A stretch of 10,904 nucleotides of DNA from Deinococcus radiodurans R1 = ATCC 13939 = DSM 20539 (GTDB lineage: Bacteria > Deinococcota > Deinococci > Deinococcales > Deinococcaceae), in the NCBI RefSeq assembly GCF_000008565.1, contig NC_001263.1:1-10904 (forward strand). Direction: 5' to 3'. The notes under the pieces are model-generated. The model ran no database searches. It was not told the DNA's origin and worked only from the letters and a program-made list of their open reading frames with translations. Every line of letters starts with the position of its first letter. The first letter of the stretch is position 1. Positions 1 to 5,437 of this stretch are shown here, in pieces. Both the position numbers and the translations under genes were made by a program.

Positions 1-1179
1 TCACGCGAACTCTGGCCTCGGTTCAAGCGGCGGTGAACTTTCCGGGTGATGGGCCAGGGCAGACATGCCCCGTAACGGCCTCAGAAGGCCCCTTAAACGC
101 GCAGCGTGACCATGACCGCCATATACCCGCCTCCCCCACCTACGGGCGCGGAAAATGGCGGGGCTGGTGGACCCGGAGAACAGCAGCTCGGCGTCTCCGT
201 CAATCGGGCCCAGCGCATCGAGCACATGGCGAGCGTTGAAGGCGAGGCTCATCGCCTGCTCGGTGCCGCCCTGGGTGACGCTGAGCGTGTCCTGAGCGCG
301 GCCATAGTCGCCCTCCGCAGCGAGGCGCAGAGTGCCTTCGGACACCAGAAACTCGACGCGGTTGTTGGCGTTTTTGTCGGCCAGCACGGCCACACGGTTG
401 ACCGCTTCCTTGAGGGCGGTGGCGGGCAGTGTCACCTGAAGTTTGATGTCCTTGGGAATGACCCGCTCGTAGTCGGGAAAATCACCGTCGAGCAGCTTGA
501 GGTTCATCTTCACGCGGTCGGTGGTCACGGTGAGCATGCCGTCGCCGTAGGTGAACCGCGCCTCGCCGTCCTTGAGCACGCGAATCAGTTCGTCCACGCT
601 GCGGGCGGGAATAATCAGGTTTTTGCCGTCGCCGCTCGCCGGAAAGTCGCGGATAGCCACCCGGTAACCGTCGGACGCCACCACGCGGGCGCTCTCGCCG
701 TGGTGCTCAAGCTTAATGCCGCGAAACACCGCCTGAAACGCCTCGTTGCTTGCCGCGTAGCGCACGCTGGAAAAGGCGCGGGACAGTTCGCCGCCGTCCA
801 GGCTCACATCGGCCTGTGCGGGGAAAGAGAGTGGCGGGTACGCTTCGATGTCACCGGTCTGGAGCTTGAAATCTGAGCCGCCCGAGCGCACCGAGAGTTC
901 CTGGCCGCTCAGTTCGAGTTCGACGAGCTCACCGCCGAGGTTGCGAACGATTTGCGCGAACAGGTGCGCCGGCACCACGAAGTTTTCGGGCTGCTGCACC
1001 TCGGCAGGCACGAAGCACGACAGGTCGATTTCCAGGTTGGTGCCGCTCAGCGTCAGGCCACCTTCCGACGTTTCGACCTTCAGCGCCGTCAGCAGCGGAT
1101 TGCTCGAACGGCTCGGAATCACACGTTCGAGCAGGCCCAGGCCCTCGTTCAGGGTCTTTTTGGTGACATTGGCTTTCAT
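1..1179 (-). CDS. dnaN: DNA polymerase III beta subunit (sliding clamp). As read, the frame is disrupted near 144-147, and the conserved C-terminus continues in another frame to a stop at 93-95.
   Basis: The 393-aa ORF (GTG 1182, ATG 1179) has a beta-clamp-like sequence throughout ([14 protein letters not shown]...[11 protein letters not shown]). After FRA it becomes an Arg/Gly/His-rich tail unlike any clamp. The adjacent minus-strand frame reads [16 protein letters not shown] then stop (TAA at 93-95), a typical clamp C-terminus. It lies downstream of dnaA and oriC on the same strand. Confidence 0.9.
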   Translation of the reverse strand: MKANVTKKTLNEGLGLLERVIPSRSSNPLLTALKVETSEGGLTLSGTNLEIDLSCFVPAEVQQPENFVVPAHLFAQIVRNLGGELVELELSGQELSVRSGGSDFKLQTGDIEAYPPLSFPAQADVSLDGGELSRAFSSVRYAASNEAFQAVFRGIKLEHHGESARVVASDGYRVAIRDFPASGDGKNLIIPARSVDELIRVLKDGEARFTYGDGMLTVTTDRVKMNLKLLDGDFPDYERVIPKDIKLQVTLPATALKEAVNRVAVLADKNANNRVEFLVSEGTLRLAAEGDYGRAQDTLSVTQGGTEQAMSLAFNARHVLDALGPIDGDAELLFSGSTSPAIFRARRWGRRVYGGHGHAARLRGLLRPLRGMSALAHHPESSPPLEPRPEFA

Positions 1180-1187
1180 CACCGGCC

Positions 1188-1193
1188 ATTCTA
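1188..1193 (-). promoter_or_regulatory. Candidate -10 element (TAGAAT) for dnaN, very close to the start codon
   Basis: The minus strand reads gcgTAGAATggccgGTGATGaaa. The hexamer is 5 nt from GTG(1182) and 8 nt from ATG(1179). There is no Shine-Dalgarno between them. The ddrC -10 has the same hexamer. Confidence 0.35.
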
Positions 1194-1293
1194 CGCCGTT
1201 TGCCCGGCAGATTTCAGGGGAGAAAACCGCGTTTAGGACGGCCTTTTTGGCAATGGCATTTGCAGTAGAGGGTTTTTGCAGCCAACTCCCGAC

Positions 1294-1738
1294 TTATCCA
1301 CAGAACTTATCCACAACCTGGGGAAAACTTCGTGCTGGACATGAAATTGTTCTGAGCTTCGGGTCTGGAATCTGAAGAACGATCAGTCCTGAGACGCCTC
1401 ACGTTGGATCTCAACTCGGAACCTCCTTTTGGAATTTTCCAGAGTCCTTTGTGGAAGGCCCAAGGTCACCTGGCCTATCTGTTAACTGTTCTTCTTAAAA
1501 AATAAAAACAGTAGTAGCAGTAGTAGGGCCTGTGGATACTGTGGAAAACTCACCTTGAAGCCGTCCCAGAGGACAAAAGTTTTCCACAGAGGGGGTGTGG
1601 ATAACCCCGAAAACCTGATGGATAAGCTGTGGATAACTTGGGGGGTTATCCACAGGGCATTTTTAGGGGCAAGTTATCCACAATTTTATCCACAGGATTT
1701 TGGCACTTATCCACAGGATATCCACAGGTTTTTCCACA
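1294..1738. other. oriC: Chromosomal replication origin (oriC): 13 DnaA boxes in the dnaA-dnaN intergenic region
   Basis: Perfect TTATCCACA at 1294, 1307, 1646, 1674, 1686 and 1707 (+ orientation). Perfect TGTGGATAA at 1596 and 1628 (- orientation). One-mismatch boxes at 1531 (TGTGGATAc), 1540 (TGTGGAAAA), 1580 (TTTTCCACA), 1718 (aTATCCACA) and 1730 (TTTTCCACA). The region lies between dnaA and dnaN and is markedly less GC-rich than the flanks. Confidence 0.92.
1476..1530. other. AT-rich candidate DNA unwinding element with a DnaA-trio-like array (TAG TAG CAG TAG TAG) and a GGCC cluster abutting a DnaA box
   Basis: Positions 1476-1526 are about 27% G+C by hand count (tatctgttaactgttcttcttaaaaaataaaaacagtagtagcagtagtag). 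The trinucleotide array is at 1512-1526 and GGCC is at 1527-1530. The adjacent DnaA boxes at 1531-1539 and 1540-1548 follow directly. Confidence 0.5.
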
Positions 1739-1866
1739 GAAAGTGAAAAGTTTCACCGCCATTTGGAACGGGATTTTGGAACGTTTCAGCCTATGACCTA
1801 ACTTTTGGGGGCATAATCTGCATACTTCCGGCATCTCATTCTCTTCCCAGCATACCAAACTGGCCC

Positions 1867-1888
1867 AAAAAAGGGGCCCTTCGCCCCT
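1867..1888 (-). terminator. Rho-independent terminator downstream of dnaA
   Basis: The minus strand reads AGGGGC-gaagg-GCCCCT followed by TTTTT, and it begins about 15 nt after the dnaA stop codon (1904-1906). Confidence 0.7.
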
Positions 1889-1903
1889 CTTGGCCCGGCA
1901 ACC

Positions 1904-3304
1904 TTACGCCCCGACTTCTTCCTCCTCTTCCTTGCCCTGAATCCGGTTACGCAGGGTGTTCACCGTGGCGGCAAGTTCGGGGTCTTTGCCCATCTGTTCG
2001 GTGATTTTGCTCACGGCGTGCATGACGGTGGAATGGTCGCGTCCGAAAAACTGGCCGATTTCGGGCAGCGAGTGGTCGGTCAGTGCGCGGATGAGGTACT
2101 GCGCCACCTGCCGGGGCACCACGATGTCGCGGGCGCGGCCCGAGCCGCGAATCAGGTCGGGGGTGGTGCCGTAGTGCGCGGCCACCTGCCGCAACACGTC
2201 GGTCATCTCGACCTTGGCTTCCTGCGGAGCGAAGACGTTGCTCAGGGCCTTGGCCGCTGCCGCCCGCGAAAAGGGCACATTGTTGAGGCTGGCGAAGGCC
2301 ACCACCCGCATCAGCGCCCCCTCCAGTTCGCGGATGTTGCTGGTCACCTGCCGGGCGATGAGTTCGAGCACCTCCTGCGGAATGGTGATGTGGCCCTGCT
2401 CGGCGTTCATCTTCAGAATCGCCACGCGGGTTTCGTACTCGGGCGATTGGATGTCGGTAATCAGCCCCCACTCGAAGCGGCTTCGCAGGCGGCCTTCGAG
2501 TGTCTGGATGTCCTTGGGGGGCCGGTCCGAACTGAGGATGATCTGCTTGTTGCTCTCGTAGAGCGCGTTGAAGGTATGGAAAAACTCCTCCTGGGTGCGC
2601 TCCTTGCCCGCCAGAAACTGGATGTCGTCGACGAGCAGCAGGTCCACCGAGCGGTAGCGGTTGCGAAACTGCGTGGTCTTGTCGTCGCGGATGGCGTTGA
2701 TGAGTTCGTTGGTGAACGTCTCGGTGGACACGTACTCGATGCGCTTTTCGGGAAAGCGCTCAGCGAGGTAGTGCCCCACCGCGTGCATCAGGTGGGTCTT
2801 GCCGAGGCCCACGTCCCCATAGATGAACAGCGGGTTGTACGCCTTGCCGGGCGACTCGGCCACCGCGAGCGCCGCCGCGTGCGCGAGGTTGTTGTTCGGG
2901 CCGACCACGAAGTTCTCGAAGGTGTATTTGGGGTTCAGCGTCTTGCGGTTGTCGCCGGGGGTGCTTGGGGGAGGCGTGGGCGCGGCTTTGGTTTTGGGCG
3001 TTGGGGCCGCCGCTTCGGGCGCGGGTGGGGGGTCGTTGGGGAGCAGCAGGGCGTCTTGCGCGGCGGGCAGCACCTGAAACTCGACCTGCGGGTGCTCGGC
3101 GCCCAGCGAGCGCAGCGCGGCGAGCAGCAGTTCGAGATAATGGTCGCGGAACCAGTCCTTGGTAAAGGAGTTGCGCACGCCGAGCAGCAGCGAGCCCTCC
3201 TGCACGCCGAGCGGTTTGACCGGCGCGAACCAGGTCGTGTACTCCAAGTCGGAGACGTTTTTGCGCACGTAAGCGAGGACGTCGGCCCAGATTTCCTGTG
3301 AGAT
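1904..3304 (-). CDS. dnaA: Chromosomal replication initiator protein DnaA. The 5' end is extended to an ATC codon; the first canonical start is GTG at 3268.
   Basis: AAA+ Walker A ([10 protein letters not shown]), Walker B (LLLVDDIQF), and a C-terminal DnaA-box-binding HTH region ([12 protein letters not shown]). The frame stays open upstream of GTG 3268 and encodes (I)[11 protein letters not shown], which matches the conserved DnaA domain-I N-terminus. A GGAGG sits at 3314-3318 (minus strand), 9 nt before ATC 3302-3304. Confidence 0.9.
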   Translation of the reverse strand: MSQEIWADVLAYVRKNVSDLEYTTWFAPVKPLGVQEGSLLLGVRNSFTKDWFRDHYLELLLAALRSLGAEHPQVEFQVLPAAQDALLLPNDPPPAPEAAAPTPKTKAAPTPPPSTPGDNRKTLNPKYTFENFVVGPNNNLAHAAALAVAESPGKAYNPLFIYGDVGLGKTHLMHAVGHYLAERFPEKRIEYVSTETFTNELINAIRDDKTTQFRNRYRSVDLLLVDDIQFLAGKERTQEEFFHTFNALYESNKQIILSSDRPPKDIQTLEGRLRSRFEWGLITDIQSPEYETRVAILKMNAEQGHITIPQEVLELIARQVTSNIRELEGALMRVVAFASLNNVPFSRAAAAKALSNVFAPQEAKVEMTDVLRQVAAHYGTTPDLIRGSGRARDIVVPRQVAQYLIRALTDHSLPEIGQFFGRDHSTVMHAVSKITEQMGKDPELAATVNTLRNRIQGKEEEEEVGA

Positions 3305-3490
3305 AGTGCTCCCCCTCCCCCGTTCGGCGGGGAAACTTGCCCCGCAAAAGTCAGGGTCAGGGTAGCAGACGCGGTGAAGCGGGCTAGGCGTTGGGAGCGC
3401 AAAGCGAAGTCATGGGTACTGGAGACCCCTCACCCCTTGCTTCGCAAGGCCCTCTCCCCCTAGTAGAGGGTCAAAAGATGAAAAAGCCCC

Positions 3491-3517
3491 CTCCTGTGCG
3501 GAGAGGGATGAATGAAG
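3491..3517 (-). terminator. Candidate intrinsic terminator downstream of ddrC
   Basis: The minus strand reads CCCTCTCC-gcaca-GGAGGGGG (8-bp stem with one G-U pair) followed by CTTTTTCATCTTTT, and it starts about 38 nt after the ddrC stop. Confidence 0.55.
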
Positions 3518-3555
3518 CGATGGAAGATAGGGGCAGCTTCTTTATGGCGCTTGTC

Positions 3556-4251
3556 TCAGCCTACGCGCTGCACCTGGCCCGCCCGTTCCCAGCTCTGGCG
3601 CTCGCTGCGGGCTACCTGTTCGTGGAGGGTGAGGATGGCTGCGTTGCCCCGCGCTTCGCTTTCCTGAATGGCGCGGGCGGTCACGGTGTCGATGTAGGCC
3701 AGCCGCAGCAGTTCGGCGCTCGTCAGGCCGTCGCGGGTGGCCTTGACGCCGCGTTCCTGACGTACCGACGCGCTGTCCTTGCCAAGGACGGTGCGGTTGC
3801 TGATGCTGCCGAGCTGACCGTAGACCCGGCCCTCGCCACCGTGCCGGGCGACGGTGGCGAGCAGTTCGCGCCGGGCGCCAGTGCTTTCCAGTCGGGCAGC
3901 GAGCCAGCGCCGGGCGTCAGGCTCGGGGTTGCGCTCGGCAATCTGGGCAGCCACGCGCACGTCGCCCTGCATGGCGCGGGCGAGCAGCTCCCGCGCCCGC
4001 TTCTGCCAGCGCCGGGCTTCGGGGGTGTCGAGGGCGAAGGCAAGCGCCACGAAATCGGGCACGCTCACGGCGGCCTCGGGTCCGGCGCCGAAGTCGCGGT
4101 ACGTCTCGGGCAGGCCGTGTTCGACCAGCGCCGCTTCCCAGCTTTGGGTGAGCCCGAGCTGCTGCTGGGCGGTGGGGGCGTGAAGCAAACCGTCCGCGCT
4201 GACAGGCAGCCGCACGGAGCCGAAATTGAGGGTCAGCGGAGCGTTCTTCAT
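3556..4251 (-). CDS. ddrC: DNA damage response protein C (Deinococcus-specific DNA-binding protein), 231 aa
   Basis: The ORF has plausible protein composition, sits immediately upstream of dnaA, and is preceded by an RDRM palindrome. Its length and position match my recollection of the locus next to dnaA in D. radiodurans (ddrC). No general domain motif is recognisable by eye. Confidence 0.75.
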   Translation of the reverse strand: MKNAPLTLNFGSVRLPVSADGLLHAPTAQQQLGLTQSWEAALVEHGLPETYRDFGAGPEAAVSVPDFVALAFALDTPEARRWQKRARELLARAMQGDVRVAAQIAERNPEPDARRWLAARLESTGARRELLATVARHGGEGRVYGQLGSISNRTVLGKDSASVRQERGVKATRDGLTSAELLRLAYIDTVTARAIQESEARGNAAILTLHEQVARSERQSWERAGQVQRVG

Positions 4252-4257
4252 ACAGAT

Positions 4258-4266
4258 ATTCTAGCA
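4258..4266 (-). promoter_or_regulatory. Extended -10 promoter element (TGcTAGAAT) of ddrC; predicts a leaderless mRNA
   Basis: The minus strand reads tgTGcTAGAATatctgtATG. Only 6 nt separate the -10 hexamer from the ATG (4249-4251), and there is no Shine-Dalgarno. Confidence 0.6.
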
Positions 4267-4270
4267 CAGA

Positions 4271-4287
4271 TTATGTTTTTGACATAA
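4271..4287. promoter_or_regulatory. Radiation/desiccation response motif (RDRM), the predicted DdrO repressor operator
   Basis: A 17-bp palindrome, TTATGTttttgACATAA, with perfect TTATGT/ACATAA half-sites. It lies 20-36 nt upstream of the ddrC ATG and overlaps the -35/spacer region of the ddrC promoter. Confidence 0.8.
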
Positions 4288-4386
4288 CAAATCAGCACGG
4301 AAGCAGGGCTATTTTTCAGTGTGCAGGACGGAGAAAATTATCTTAAAGTTCGCTGAAGGCCACCCCCTGCCCTTAGAGTGGTCGTT

Positions 4387-5430
4387 ATGTCCTATCTGTC
4401 CGAACTGCGCGCCGTGTGGGGCCACCGCGCCCTGCCCGCCGCAGGCGTGAGTGTCCTCTTGCAAGACGAAACGGGCCGCGTCCTGCTTCAGCGCCGGGGC
4501 GACGATGGGCAATGGGGAATACTCGGTGGTGGACTGGAACCGGGCGAGGATTTTCTGATTGCCGCTCATCGCGAGCTCCTTGAGGAAACGGGGCTGCGCT
4601 GCCCGAACCTGCGCCCGCTGCCGCTCTCCGAAGGGTTGGTGAGTGGGCCGCAGTTCTGGCACCGTTATCCGAACGGCGACGAGGTGTATCTGGTCGGCCT
4701 GCGAACGGAAGGCACTGTGCCCGCTGCGGCGCTGACGGATGCTTGCCCCGACGACGGCGGCGAGACGCTCGAACTGCGCTGGTTCGCTCTGGACGATTTG
4801 CCGCCGCTGAACACCAACATCAACCGCGTGAGCATGAATGTGCTGCGAGCCCGGCGCGGGCTGCCACCTTTGCCCCTGCTGGACGTGCCCTCGCCCCCGC
4901 CGCCCGGCGACTGGCTGCGCGACCTGCGGGCGCTGGTGGGCTCGCGGCCCCTGATAGCCCCCGGTGCCAACGTCGCCGTGACGAACGAGCGCGGCGAGGT
5001 GCTGCTCCTGAAACATGCGGGCACTGGGAACACAGTCACTGGGAAATGGACGCTTCCCGGCGGCAGCCTCGAACCCGGCGAGTCGTTCGCCGAGTGCGCG
5101 GCGCGGGAGCTGCACGAGGAAACGGGCCTGCGGGCGTCCCGCCTCGTTCCAGTGGAGTTGTTCGCCGGGGCCGAGTACCGCTTCACCTCCCTCAACGGCG
5201 ATGTCATAGACAACATTTCCGTGCTGTTCCGGGCCGAGGACGTGCAGGGTGAATTGGCCCTCGACACCGCCGAAAGTCACGGTGCGGCGTGGTTCGCGCC
5301 GGACGCCCTGCCGCCCGCAGACGAGCTGAGCGGGCCGCTGATTCGGGCGAAGGTAAGGCGCTGGCAAGAGCTTGAACCCAGTCCAAATGAGGGCGCGTGC
5401 CCCGGAGCGGCGCCGCATCGCTTATGCTGA
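4387..5430 (+). CDS. Tandem (double-domain) Nudix hydrolase, MutT/Nudix family
   Basis: There are two complete Nudix boxes (GX5EX7REUXEEXGU): GGLEPGEDFLIAAHRELLEETGL (nt 4528-4596) and GSLEPGESFAECAARELHEETGL (nt 5062-5130). Each is embedded in a similar ~160-aa repeat. The ATG at 4387 is preferred over the GTG at 4378. Confidence 0.88.
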   Translation: MSYLSELRAVWGHRALPAAGVSVLLQDETGRVLLQRRGDDGQWGILGGGLEPGEDFLIAAHRELLEETGLRCPNLRPLPLSEGLVSGPQFWHRYPNGDEVYLVGLRTEGTVPAAALTDACPDDGGETLELRWFALDDLPPLNTNINRVSMNVLRARRGLPPLPLLDVPSPPPPGDWLRDLRALVGSRPLIAPGANVAVTNERGEVLLLKHAGTGNTVTGKWTLPGGSLEPGESFAECAARELHEETGLRASRLVPVELFAGAEYRFTSLNGDVIDNISVLFRAEDVQGELALDTAESHGAAWFAPDALPPADELSGPLIRAKVRRWQELEPSPNEGACPGAAPHRLC

Positions 5431-5437
5431 AAAGCTG

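Noticed and set aside
141-150. Programmed +1 ribosomal frameshift in dnaN
   Set aside because: There is no recognisable slippery or hungry-codon motif of the known +1 types and no stimulatory stop codon. A one-base indel (error or mutation) next to a G-rich compression-prone run is more parsimonious.
106-876. 256-aa ORF on the + strand
   Set aside because: It lies entirely antisense to the recognisable dnaN coding sequence. Its composition is Gly/Ala/Val/His-rich with no motif. It is a typical shadow ORF in high-GC DNA.
1555-1858. 63-aa (+) and 70-aa (-) ORFs inside oriC
   Set aside because: Their repetitive YPQ/HR(G/F) and VDK peptides are simply translations of the reiterated TTATCCACA boxes. 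The region is the replication origin.
2018-3301. 427-aa + strand ORF, plus the 174-, 195- and 155-aa minus-strand out-of-frame ORFs over 1947-3402
   Set aside because: All overlap the clearly identifiable dnaA frame. They are Arg/Gly/Ala/Pro-rich low-complexity translations, which is a shadow-ORF signature.
3301-3345. Possible G-quadruplex (GGGG...GGGGGAGGGGG on the minus strand) in the dnaA leader
   Set aside because: There are only three clear G-tracts and one loop is ~20 nt. The G-run is better explained as the Shine-Dalgarno region, and a small CCCCG/CGGGG hairpin is also possible.
3391-4287. 298-aa + strand ORF with a well-spaced SD-like AGAGGG before an internal ATG at 3488
   Set aside because: Beyond the first ~25 codons it runs fully antisense through ddrC. 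It stays open only because of GC bias, and its upstream part coincides with terminator hairpins. No motif is recognisable.
4271-4387. The RDRM as a shared operator also repressing the divergent Nudix operon
   Set aside because: The palindrome is ~100 nt from the Nudix start and upstream of both candidate promoters, not overlapping them. This remains only a low-probability note.
4309-5418. 369-aa minus-strand ORF, plus the 200-aa (-) and 169-aa (+) ORFs over the Nudix gene
   Set aside because: They are antisense to or out of frame with a CDS that carries two textbook Nudix boxes. Their composition is Arg/Gly/Pro-rich.
5372-5437. Upstream TTG/ATG starts for the TrmB-like gene (MNPVQMRARAPERRRIAYAEKL extension)
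   Set aside because: The extension overlaps the Nudix 3' end and is Arg-rich, unlike the family's N-terminus. The HTH begins immediately after ATG 5438.
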